A DNA stretch of 62,912 nt, counting the filler, from Octopus bimaculoides (lineage: Eukaryota): the NCBI RefSeq assembly GCF_001194135.2. It is 8 parts of 6 records of this genome, joined end to end, with 100 filler letters (N's around TTAATTAATTAA, not from the genome) between each part and the next. Parts side by side here need not be neighbours in the genome. Positions count along the whole stretch, not along the records: positions 51,229 to 54,702 come from NC_068990.1; positions 54,803 to 56,945 come from NC_068987.1; positions 57,046 to 59,768 come from NW_026313255.1; positions 59,869 to 62,912 come from NC_068991.1; 4 more parts are not named here. The stretch is one strand, 5' to 3'. A model generated the notes under the pieces. It did not search any database. It worked only from the letters and a program-made list of their open reading frames with translations, and was not told the origin of the DNA. Position numbers and translations under genes: made by a program. Position 1 is the stretch's first letter. Each line of letters begins with the position of its first letter. Below are positions 51,129 to 62,912 of the stretch, piece after piece.

Positions 51129-51228
51129 NNNNNNNNNNNNNNNNNNNNNNNNNNNNNNNNNNNNNNNNNNNNTTAATTAATTAANNNNNNNNNNNNNNNN
51201 NNNNNNNNNNNNNNNNNNNNNNNNNNNN
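51129..51228. other. Artificial scaffold spacer
   Basis: 44N-TTAATTAATTAA-44N. Confidence 0.97.
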
Positions 51229-51293
<65 letters not shown>

Positions 51294-51309
51294 CTTTTTC
51301 TCTCTCTTG

Positions 51310-51900
51310 AAAGATGAAGTGGCGAACCATAAGTTGAGACTGAGTCTCAAAGTCATGGTTGTTACTGCGGAGCCTGCACAGACGGAGGAATTGGGAGTAG
51401 AGAATGGAGAGCTTGGTGTGGGTAGGGCGGGAGGAGGTGAAGTTGAAGCATGACAGTGAGTCGGTGTGTTTGTAGTGGATGGAAGTAGTGAGAGTGGAGT
51501 TGTGTATGTCAACCGAAATGTCGAGAAAGGTGATAAAAGTGTTGAAAATGGTGCAGGAGAATTCGAGGTCAGGATGGAAGGATTGGAGAGGAAAAGAGAG
51601 GAAGGAGTGTAGTTGTTCGCGGGAGAGCGAGATCGCGCCGATACTCAATATAACGACCGTATAGTTCGGGAGTGGGACCAGTGAATCTTGAAAATATTTG
51701 GGCCGCAACGTAGCCAACGAACAGGTTCGCATTGTTGGGGCCCATTCTCTTTCCCGAGAACTGTTGGTAAAACTCCCCCGCAAACGAGAAGCAGTTGAGA
51801 GAGAGAGCAAGTTCGGCCAGACGAGAAGGTATGGACGTGTCAGGTTGGGGTTGGGTCGAAGATCTATGAAGTGTTTGAGATAAAGTTAGGTTAATTCACA
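51310..51900 (-). mobile_element. Penelope-like RT fragment abutting (GA)n
   Basis: FLDISV...YKHTDS...HTKLSILYSQFLRLCRL, a PLE palm/thumb pattern. Confidence 0.8.
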
Positions 51901-51999
51901 TTTGACCCTTACGCATCACGTCCATCCCGACCTATGGCTCCCACTATAGTGTTAAAGTTATCTAGAGAACCTGTTGAAGGATTTATTCTAAAACTGCTT

Positions 52000-54520
52000 A
52001 CAGCTTATCACTAATTCCTGCCTACGGTTAATAAGGTTACTCTCCGACGTATTTGGTATGACTCCTCTAGGTAAAGTTCACATCTACTTCTTCCTATTTC
52101 ATATGGTTTAGGCCGACTTAGAATTGACCATTTTCGTTCATATTCTGTCTTTTCACTCGCTAAGTTGCTATATTAACTTGCTAAGTCATGTCGCGTTTTC
52201 CTTATTTTTGTGTTTGAATGACGAGAGCTAAAATGTCGTTACGCAACATCCTATGTAATTGTAAATTTTGTTCCAGGTTACTACTGCGCATTCAGAGACT
52301 ATGTTCTATTCCAGACATGATTTATTTACAATACATTCTCTACCTCTTCTACGGTTACAACCGGCCCTGTTCTTCCTATTGTTACAACTTGTGTAGTTTT
52401 TATCACTATTATCGTTATTATCATTATTATCACCATTTCGATTACCATTACTATTACAGTTACCATCATTATTATTGTTACTACTGCCACCATCACCGTC
52501 ACCGCCGTTGCCACCACTCTTGTTATTCTTAGTATTTCTATTTGTATAGTCTTCCCCTTTAGTTTTACCATTAGCATTAATGTTTACTTCCTTTCCATTG
52601 CTTTCTATGCCCTTATTACTAGGATTTCTCATGCCACCTCGACCTCCTTTCACACCAAGTTTATCATCGCTCTTACCATCGCTGGCTCTAGTCTCCTCGC
52701 TGCCAGTATAACTAAAATATTTCCAGCTATCGCTATTATTCCTAATAGAGTTATAGGTATTCCTATTACTAGTAATATTCATACATTCCTTCTGATTATT
52801 TTTGTTTTTACATAATCTATTCCAGTCTAGATCTATTGAATTTAAGTTTTCTAATTCCTTCAATCTATGGGTGTTGTGGGATACTATTATTTGCGTGAGG
52901 TTACTTGTAGTGGAGTAGGTCTGTATTACGGAGTGCCGGTTAAACAATCCCCTATATCTGATCAAGGGAGGGAAATGTTTGTATAGGGCTGCAAAGAATT
53001 TCCTGGGAATATTAGTAGCGATTTGGACTCCAAATGGAGCGTTGAGCCAGATGGTTTCCATGGAGTTCTCTTTCTTTTTTATATGGTGAGAATCTAACGT
53101 ATGCTTTTTCCTCCCTGCATTACTCCGTTTACGTTTATTTTGATCTATGTTGTCATTATAACTACTCTCAATCCCATCAAGGTCCTTAATTCTGCTGTTT
53201 ATTTCAAGTGTCTCCCTGTTCCTATTGAGGCTATCCCTCGGTGGATGGGAGGTTATTTTTCTTTGTCCCCAAATGGATCTAAATTCTTCTCTATTAGTCT
53301 ATCCTTACATTTATGTTTCGTTAATGCGTTTGGTTTGCTACGGTGAGGTTAATTTTTGTATTTAATTTTTTTATTGCATCTCTTCTTCCTATTATTAGTC
53401 ACCGCTCCCACGTTACTTCTCCGGTTCCTATCTGAGTTAAGTTTTTTAGGTGAAGTTATATTATTATTCGTACATGGATCACCCTGGGGCATATATTTGA
53501 TTTTTCCACTATATCCAACCTCCTTTAATGCTATACTGTAGTATCCATCGTGTCTTTTAAATATGTCCCCATTTGTCGACAGCCTAGATATTCTCACAGG
53601 CACACCCATAGGGATAGAGTTTATGATAGTTTTCGTGTGGTTAGATCTTCTGCTTACATACTTTAGGCTTTCATTATGCTTATGGAAAGGGTGATGTAAT
53701 CGAGTGTTAAGGTCGAGCGTGGCATCCAGAAAATTAACTTTAGTATACTCTCTCTCTTTTACTCTTTTACTTGTTTCAGTCATGTGACTGTGGCCATGCT
53801 AGAGCGCAGCCTTTAGTCGAGCAAATCGACCCCAGGACTTATTCTTTGTAAGCCTATTACTTATTTTATCGGTCTCTTTTGCCGAACCGCTAAGTTACGG
53901 AGACCTAAACACACCAGCATCGGTTGTCAAGCGATGTTGGAGGGACAAACACAGATACACAACAAAAACACACACATACATATATATATACATATATACG
54001 ACGGGCTTCTTTCAGCTTCCGTCAACCAAATCCACTCCGTTTTTATTTATATTTTAAGTTCTAATCGTCTAAAAAATCTTATTAGCTGCTTCCAATACTT
54101 CTCTAATATGTACTGTAAAGAGTTCGTCGTCTCTGTATAATCCACCCCCTATTTCCGGAGACTCGACCGTTATGCAACTTAAGATGTAACTTGAGCCGTG
54201 TCACTCGAACACATGATTATATCGAAGTTATTAGTTCTATCTTTCTCGTCCAAAGTTTTCCATCGTATTCTATAATCGTTTTTCTAACCTCTATTATAAT
54301 ATCTATTTCTTCCCTTGTCGTACTAGTATTTTTCCTAGCATAGTTTAATGGCTTATTTAGCAGTATGCGATTTATGTAAGCGTAGTAATTGGAAATGTCT
54401 ATTTGTATTAAATTTGTTTCTTCTATGCCTAATATTCATCAACCAGTGTAGTACTTCAATCGAATTAGACCATAAATCTAGCTTGATCCTATCTCTAATG
54501 GTTGGTATGTGCCTGTCAAT
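52000..54520 (-). mobile_element. Decayed Penelope-like element: RT (GLYRDD), linker (IWLNAPF...LFNRHS), GIY-YIG endonuclease remnant
   Basis: RT peptides at 54480-54040 and KVNFLDATLDL...SNHTK at 53745-53350. ORF 52306-53061. NIVSECAV...YIGC...KWSIL..KPYEIG at ~52330-52040. Clade not determined. Confidence 0.8.
53752..54036 (-). mobile_element. 5'-truncated SINE family B inserted in the PLE RT
   Basis: Reverse complement of the 40414 element's 3' two-thirds. Confidence 0.88.
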
Positions 54521-54527
54521 AATCAAT

Positions 54528-54561
<34 letters not shown>

Positions 54562-54620
54562 GTATATACATATATGCAAATACATATATACCTACACACA
54601 CAGACACACACAGACACACA

Positions 54621-54702
<82 letters not shown>

Positions 54703-54802
54703 NNNNNNNNNNNNNNNNNNNNNNNNNNNNNNNNNNNNNNNNNNNNTTAATTAATTAANNNNNNNNNNNNNNNNNNNNNNNNNNNNNNNNNNNNNNNNNN
54801 NN
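54703..54802. other. Artificial scaffold spacer
   Basis: 44N-TTAATTAATTAA-44N. Confidence 0.97.
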
Positions 54803-56945
54803 TATATATATGTATATTCTTCTCGTATTCTTTTCTAAAAATTGATATTTTATTGTTTCCTTATTTAATTCCTTAAAAGTTCATATATTACTCACATTAG
54901 ATTATTATTACTTTGGAAGAAATAGTTTATACATAAGATAAAATCTTACGTGCACGGTGACGCCGAAATATTTTCTATTACTTTTCTTCTTGTAAAAGAT
55001 TTTATCGAATTCTCAACAGACCTAACACTATGTTTACTGGTCCTTAGGAAGTTATTACTAAGGTACACCTATGCATTTCTACGGGGCTTTTCATAATCCC
55101 CAAATAGAATTGCTCATGAACATAACTGTATATCCCAGAGCTATTTAATGGAGTGTTTTGCACAGAAATCTGGCATTTACTAGGAATAATATGTTTTGAT
55201 CTCATCCATGGAACATCCATAAAACATCTGCTAAAATAGTCGTTATTAATACAGTTTCTATTAATGTTACCGCCATTGCTGTTTCATTTAGTGCTACCTT
55301 TTATGTTGTAGTCTATTGCTGCAGACGCTTCTGCTGTTTCAAGTTCTACTTGTGTTGATATCCTTGCTTGAACTGAAAATAAAGACGGTTTTCTTTATCT
55401 TACAACACCTGTTTTTAATTTTCCCACCTCACGATCTTGCTTTTTGAAATTGTTCAGGTTGAAATTAACGTACATGCGCTATGCAATCAAGAATTCTTGC
55501 TGCAATAACAAACTAAAAATCACGCAAAAAACAAAATATATTAATAAAAGTATAAGAAAATTGAGATGCCATTCTTGGAGGCGAATTAGCGTGAAACGAA
55601 TTGAAGTGTTTTGAAAGAATGAACTGAAGCGTCACATATGTGCACGCTTATATGTTCTCTTTAATGCTTGGAGCATGCGCACATATGCAACATGTAATTT
55701 TTGAATCCTCGTTAAGTATACAGGTGGTTGCTGTTTTGTTGCGTTGGGAAAGCACAGTAGAATGAAATCTGATGTTTGTGGTACGAAATTAGAACGGTGA
55801 TTGCTGTTAGTAATGAAAGAACTGTGGTCGTGTAGAAAGCTGATTTTTCTCAACCATCGAAAAGGAAATAGACTTGTGGCAAATGTAAAATGTGTTATAT
55901 ACAGTAAATTTCACATTCATGTACTTGTTATGTATTAACATAAAACAGTTAAGCTCATGCATACACTCTTGTCACGATTTTATTTATACGTTCATATATG
56001 CATGCACATATATTAAGCACTTGTAAAAATGAAGCAACGGTGAATTAATAAACAATTTCCTATATTTTAATATATTCAAACCCACACGGTAAGCATTGAA
56101 ACTAGTTGAATGCTCACGTATACAAACATGTATACGTACGTGGACATAAAATACATTTACTTTGCAAGTATTAGAAAGAGCGTGAAGGNNNNNNNNNNNN
56201 NNNNNNNNNNNNNNNNNNNNNNNNNNNNNNNNNNNNNNNNNNNNNNNNNNNNNNNNNNNNNNNNNNNNNNNNNNNNNNNNNNNNNNNNNNNNNNNNNNNN
56301 NNNNNNNNNNNNNNNNNNNNNNNNNNNNNNNNNNNNNNNNNNNNNNNNNNNNNNNNNNNNNNGGGGGGGGGGGAAGAAATGCATGTATGTGAATAGATAA
56401 TCATAATGTAAAGGCTGAAATGTTGTGATAGGAAAATCGCAGACAATAAGAAAGTAAACCGTGATGAGAGCAAAAGTAAGAACGAAGAGATTACACAAAG
56501 CTGGAGTGTAGGATTAGAAGGAAAAATAAAGAGATAAAAAATATCGTGTTTCAGATATATTAGGAAAATCAATAAAGATGAAAATTGTACATATGTACAT
56601 GTATGTATGTATATATGTATGTATGCATACATGTATGTGTGGATATGTATTTGTGTGTGTGTGTGTGTGAAATATGCACAGATATCCGTTTAGCATTAAC
56701 TATTGGAAAAAGTGTACTCAAAACCATGCTGGTGATTAATATTTTTGTTTTGGTAGAGACAGTTACTTGTTTTTCCGTTGCTCTACCTCCTTTGTTTAAG
56801 CCATAAGTAAATTTTAATAGCGTTTGCTCTTTGCAGTTCAGAGAGAATAAAAGAAAAAAGAAAGATAAAAATAAATATATATTTGTTGCTAGCTTGCTAG
56901 CTAGATAGAGAGATAGAAATATATATATATATATATATATATATA

Positions 56946-57045
56946 NNNNNNNNNNNNNNNNNNNNNNNNNNNNNNNNNNNNNNNNNNNNTTAATTAATTA
57001 ANNNNNNNNNNNNNNNNNNNNNNNNNNNNNNNNNNNNNNNNNNNN
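56946..57045. other. Artificial scaffold spacer
   Basis: 44N-TTAATTAATTAA-44N. Confidence 0.97.
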
Positions 57046-58100
57046 CTCTACAATGGTACAGATTCTTCTGGCTAAGCAGTATGGGATGTTACGTTTTATA
57101 TGGGGTGGATAGCACAATTTAAAATTCAGGTATTGGTGTGTATCAGTGTGTTTATAATATATATCTGTGGTAATGGCGGTGTTCTTTTTAACTACCATTA
57201 TATCTAGAAATGGTAATTTGGTACTGCTCATCTCCTTTGTAAATTGGATGGATGGGTGTAGATTGTTCAGGAGGGTGTTGAAGTCTTCCACAGTGTTTTG
57301 AGATTTTGTCCAGATTATAAAGCAATCATCGAGGTATCTCTTCCATGCTTTTTCAATATAATTCCTAAATTCAGTGTTGTATCTCTCTTCTATTTCCTGG
57401 TAAAGTTTTTGTTCTAAGTAACCCATCACCGAATCTGCATAAATGGGAGCAAACCTCGTTCCCATAGCCGTGCCTTTAATTTGGATATAGTTCTTTCCAT
57501 TGAAGAAGAAAGTGTTGTTTCCCAGAATAAGTCTCACTGAGTCTAGTATAAATGTCACCGTGAATCTGTTGGGAATTGCTTCTTTATGTTTATCTATCCA
57601 GTAGTTGATCGCCTTTATTCCTAAATCATGTGGGATATTGGTGTATAGGCTTACTACATCAAAGCTTAGTAGGATTGAATTTGTTTCAGTGGTTTTGGGA
57701 AGATGAGATAGAAAGTCAATGTCATCCCGAATGAAGCTGGGTATGTAGGTACATAGTGGCTTCAAAAGAATGTCGATGAAATTGCTTAGACGGTGAGTGG
57801 GGCATGCAGGGCCAGTTATAATTGGTCTAAGTTTTAAATCTTTTGGATATAGCACTTTTATGTATTCACTTCCTTGTTCTTTTACTGCCTGTTGAATATC
57901 TTCTGACTTATATATTTTAGGTAAGCTGTAAAAGTTACTGGGTTTTGGTTCAAAATTGGTGATGTAGTCGCTTTCATTATCAGTGAGTGAGTTGTAGTGT
58001 TTAGAAACCAGGTGATTGATCTTCTTCATGATGTGGTGGTCTATATTCGAGGGTATTTCACAAGGTTGTATCTTTCAAGCAACAGGATATCAAGAAGTGA
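57046..58100 (-). mobile_element. Penelope-like (Neptune-like) reverse transcriptase, uninterrupted for ~330 aa
   Basis: FYSLPKIYK, LRPII, SFDVVSLYTNIP, QIKGTAMGT, RYLDD and LPFLD, cut off by the spacer. Confidence 0.93.
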
Positions 58101-58589
58101 TACAGTATGACCGTTTCCAGTAGTTCCATTTAATAGAACAATGCAGTCATTACATCAATTTATATACGCAGCTATCATCAATGGCACAAATAAATAAAAT
58201 TTTAATCAGTTAGACACATTAATATAAGCTTTCTCAAATACTGTAACAAAAAAAGATGGAAGAAATCCATGTTCTTGCTATTGCAGCTAAGAATAGACTA
58301 CACTTCCAAGAAAGGCATGAAGCCCACATGGGTCATAGCTTGTAAAGGATTGTGGTTCATCTATAATTTATTTGTCTTTTTATCAACTACTAAATCTAAG
58401 ACTACAGGACTGTGTCTGTTTAGAATGAAGAGCAAAAGTTGACAGCCCATGGCTAGGTATAGTCATAAATATTGTGAAGATATTAGGAGTAGTAAATTGG
58501 GATAGAGAAACTGTCTATAAAAGGAGGTTAGGTAGGGGAAGACTCAAAATCATGATGTTAATTACCAATTAAAGGGGCAAGATGCGAAC

Positions 58590-59240
58590 TCAGACAACCC
58601 AAATTAAAGAAGGATTTACAACCAAAAGCCGTACCATACATCTCCACACAAACCCTCTTAACAATGAAGCCTTCAACACCATCCTTCAAAACATTCCCCT
58701 GCTAAAAAAGGACCACAGAATGAACTTAATCCTCCAAACAAACACACCATCATAAAGAGCAAAAGACAGCCTAAATTTATGAATAGTCTAACACAAGCCC
58801 GAATACGCTCAACAACAACACTGAAGCCATCAGTAAAAAAATGCGGAAGACCCAACTGTGGGATATGTGTCAGTTTAATTGAGGGATCAGAGTTCTCCTT
58901 CAAACAAGGACAACATTTTACAGTGAAAAGCAGCATCACATGTACTTCGGAGAACCTGATATACATACTAACCTGCTCTGGGTGTCAAGAGTAATACATA
59001 GGCCAAACAAAAAATAGTGTACGTAAAAGGATTGCTCTGCACAGATCCCAGATCAAAATTCTGAACAACAGAAAAATAGCATTCAGCCAACACATCGACA
59101 TTTGCGCCAATAACAAAAATCCAAGCTTCAGAATTTTTCCCCTCTATCAATTCAGGGATGATACAACCTGTAGCCAACAAATTAATAAAGAGTCATTCTT
59201 TATCACAAAATACAGACTCCTTTTGAACGCATCTACAACA
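58590..59240 (+). mobile_element. PLE thumb/linker and GIY-YIG endonuclease, degenerate
   Basis: KSKRQP, CGRPNCGIC, TCTSENLIYILTCSGCQE*YIGQT...R...H...HIDIC. Confidence 0.85.
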
Positions 59241-59768
59241 AATGACATCTCCACCACAGCCTTAGAATAATGCACACGCAAATATTAAAAATGATACAAG
59301 AATTCATTAATAACAGTCCCAATCACTACTATAATCGACAACGAGCCACTTTTAGGTCACTTGACCATCTAAATTTAACATCCTACTACTATCATACCAC
59401 TTGCGCATTCTTTTATTATTCTTTCTTTTCTTCTCCTTCTTCGTCTTCTTCCTCTCAGCCACCTCTTTCCTGACTTTAATACTATTGCTGCTTAGAATAA
59501 CACATATGCAAATATTAAAAACAATACATTCAAAAGAAATACCTTAAGAATTCAATCACTACTACCATCTACAAGTCACTTTCAGGGCACTTGACCTTTT
59601 AACATCCCACTACTATCATACGACTCCAACATTCTTTTATTATTCTTTCTCTTCATTTTCGCCAAGAATTCACAAAGACCTTGAACCCACAAGAGTAAAA
59701 AAGAGAGACTGAAACAAACAGAAACAAGGAAAATGACCCTTGTATTTGAATACTATGCAAATATTCTT

Positions 59769-59868
59769 NNNNNNNNNNNNNNNNNNNNNNNNNNNNNNNN
59801 NNNNNNNNNNNNTTAATTAATTAANNNNNNNNNNNNNNNNNNNNNNNNNNNNNNNNNNNNNNNNNNNN
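59769..59868. other. Artificial scaffold spacer
   Basis: 44N-TTAATTAATTAA-44N. Confidence 0.97.
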
Positions 59869-60429
59869 TCCAAAATTGTGTTGTATTTATAATCTTTACA
59901 CAGAGTGGTGGGAGCTGCATAGCTCCATGAATAGCGTCATGAAAAACCTGGTCCCATTTTCTAACATTTGAGTCGACCATTATTAAATTATCAGGAAAAT
60001 ATCTAACTTACTTTTTGGATTGCCGTTTATGTTGCTTTTGTTTTGCTGGTGGTGGTCCTGTTGATGTTGCTGCGTGTGTTGGTTTTGAAATGTGGAGTAG
60101 AAATATAAATCAATCAGATATGTTCAGTACGATATTTCTAATATTTGATTTGAAAGATCTCAGTCGCATTGGCATTTGGATGTCGGATGCCACAAGTAAT
60201 TTAACCGATCTAAAAGTGTCTCCGTGGATGGTAGCAAGACAATGGAATAAACAGTGTTGCTATTTCAAAAGTTGGTTTAAAAGTAAACCCAACAACCGTC
60301 ACTAACACTATCACCATTGCCACCACCATCACCACCACTATCACCACCGCCGCTGCCGCCACCACTACATCCCCGCCACCACTGCTAATACTAAATAGCA
60401 GTAAAAATTAGGTGTGACTGTGAAATTGA

Positions 60430-62520
60430 AATTGAAAGTGAAACTTGTACGCTACTACTACTTCTAATTGCGCAGTTTATATCCCAAGTCAGAAACTGAA
60501 AGTGATATTAATGGTGATATTAAAGTGATATTAATGGTGAAAGTGGCCTTGATTACCTAGTTTTGAACTCAGAGTGGTCCTTCTCTTAGGCTGCTTACCA
60601 TCCAAGACTAACGAGTTCAGCCTGCTCGGAGTACTGGCTATTTGAAGGTGCCAGAAATTCACCTTTTTACTCCTTTCTCCTGTTAGTTCGGTGAAGGAGT
60701 CGGGCTTGACTGTCAGGGGCTATGTCTTGCGCAGACAACTGGGGTATTTCATAAGTGAAGGGTGCTCAGATCCTTTCATCACCAGGTATTGACAGATACA
60801 AGATGCCCCTATCTCTCACTACAGCAGAATCAATTCGACCCAATTCCTATTAGATAACAAAAATGCAGTAACGATAGCAACAAAAATAACAACAACGATA
60901 GCAAAGGTAACGACAGAAACAACAACAAAACCAGTACCAACAACATCGATAAGAACGACAACAACGGCAGCAGCAGCAGTAGCAGCAACAGTGACAACAA
61001 CAGAAACAACAACGAAACAATGCAAATAAAAAATATCAAAAATAGTTTTGCAGCAGTAGCAGCCAAGACCAAACTCCCATATGTTGTAGACCTCACAAAT
61101 AAAGAGCAGATGCTCCCAGAGGCATGGAAACTAATTAAACAAGAGAACAATCGGGCATATCTCACAATCCCATCAGAGGCAATTGAAACTGTAGAGCGAA
61201 GAACGGTGCTTTTCAGATGCACCTCAGCAGACACAAAAAGTGCGGTTTTGATAGCCCATGTAATTATTGAGGCGGCGCTGCGGTGCATAAGAAATAACAT
61301 CGAATACATAGCGAGGAGCAAACAATACGGCGCCATTTCGTGCTGTTTAAATTAGAAGCCCTCGCTGTGAAACATTCAATGACCCTCTGCAACACCAGCA
61401 AAGTCATCACGTACTCCTCCCACATGGGGAAACGTACATCCCGTGTCCGCATTCCTAAATCGCCCCCAGGACTATATATTTGGTGGTTTGGGATGCATAA
61501 TAGAGGCAACAAGAACTGCCAGGGAAGACTAGTCAGGGGTTGACCTGGAAATACTTCTCCAGATCAGACCCGAAAACATAAAAAAATCCCAGACCACATC
61601 CGTCTCCAGAACAGAACGGTGATACATATCAAGACTAAGGGAAAAGGCCTCATTGTTTCAGGTGTAGAGAAACGACTCATTTGGCTGCTCCCTGCCGCCT
61701 ACGGCCTCTGCTGCCGCCTACGGCCTCTGCTGCCGCCTACGGCCTCTGCTGCTGCCTACACCGGGACCAGAACCACAAACATCACCAGCACCAGCAAAAT
61801 ACTACCAGCAGCAACACCAAAGGTAACAACCGCCCTAGGTGGGAAAGAAGGAAAGTTCTTCTATCCCCTTACACCAAACAAAAATACACACATAAACAAT
61901 ATTATAAACATGCACGCAGACACACAGCAATGCGGTCGATGGAAGTGTCACATTGGAGTTCTCTGTGGGATTTGTGGTGAGCAGGGGCGATGACGTACTC
62001 GGTGAGACTGGGCGTCGGGAGGGATCGATTGACTGGTCCTTGCGGAGGACTTTCGGGCCGGGGCCTATGGACAATTTCCAGAAATCCCTGGCTTGGCAGT
62101 GTTACCGGGGATGGAGTTGCCGATTAGAAACAAGCTCCACATGCGCAGTAATGCTGTCAGTCGGATGTGTCCTAGATGTGCACAGGGCGATGAAACCGTT
62201 CTGCCTACACTCGTTCAGTGCCTGGGCATTGCAGACTTGTGGAATTATGTTGAACAGTTATTGACACGAGTAGGACTGATTCGGGTATCGGACAAGTCCA
62301 TCGTCATGATCGCCTTGCCACCTTCCTTTGGCCGGGAGGGAAACGCAGTTTTCTTCTGCCTGATGGCTATGGCGAAAGATGTGGTGTGGTGGACGAGGCT
62401 GAAAGGACCGAAGACAGATACTTTCCACTTCAGCAAAGCCCTCTTGAAAAAGAAAGCTAAAGTGGAGAGGGAAGTATTGCCATTTATCAGTAAGAATATC
62501 TAAGGCAGCAGTTTTAGCAC
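60430..62520 (+). mobile_element. L1/Tx1-type LINE with most of ORF2 missing
   Basis: 5' leader and ORF1-like peptide (61020-61600) join near 61930 to an ORF2 C-terminus: SLAWQCYRG, LPIRNKL...CPRC...ETV....VQC...LW (zf-RVT-like). Confidence 0.7.
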
Positions 62521-62550
62521 GGGTTTTCATACGCTTAAATTTTTCTATGC

Positions 62551-62581
<31 letters not shown>

Positions 62582-62589
62582 CATTATTA

Positions 62590-62912
62590 TTATTGAGTGA
62601 GAGAGCAGTGCATGCCATCAAAGTGACACTGGGGTAAAATATACGAAGCCCATTATACCCATCATGACTACCCGTCTGATAAGGGTACACCAAGCACATG
62701 CATCACAACCATATGTGCGAGACATTGTGATCTCATATCAAGATAACCAGTGCATGACCTCACAGGTGGGCCCAGTTAGAATTTTCTTCAGGTCGAGTAG
62801 CCCATCCCGCTCAAAAGGTCCCTGAATAAGGTTTGTTTAAGGATATTGAGCAAAACACCCATGACTATGATGCTCCCCCACTACCTCTGCTTGTGATCAG
62901 AGATGCACATAT
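62590..62912 (-). mobile_element. Probable retroposon 3' end with (AAT)n tail
   Basis: Non-coding sequence ending at the TAT microsatellite 62553-62594 and running off the window. Family not identified. Confidence 0.45.

Overview
AT-rich, microsatellite-dense animal genomic DNA. It is most likely an octopus (inferred from its SINE families and repeat load), from a gappy assembly in which seven artificial 100-bp spacers (44 N + TTAATTAATTAA + 44 N) join separate pieces. The first piece (1-14207) holds eight phase-compatible coding exons of a Claspin (CLSPN) orthologue on the + strand, and no further Claspin exons were recognised after the first spacer. The rest is non-genic. It contains tRNA-derived SINEs, R4/Dong-type, CR1-type and L1/Tx1-type LINE fragments, a mariner nested in a CR1, short solo LTRs, hAT MITEs and several Penelope-like element (PLE) fragments. 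The most striking observation is a canonical type I hammerhead ribozyme (33361-33439, minus strand) inside a ~350-bp 1.5-mer tandem repeat, which is a retrozyme-like architecture. Two further hammerhead-like motifs are degenerate. Other observations: a 71-bp-arm hairpin and inverted repeat pairs in Claspin introns, and CpG decay in SINEs restricted to the Claspin piece. All alignments and folds were done by eye, and family names rest on recalled motifs rather than database searches.
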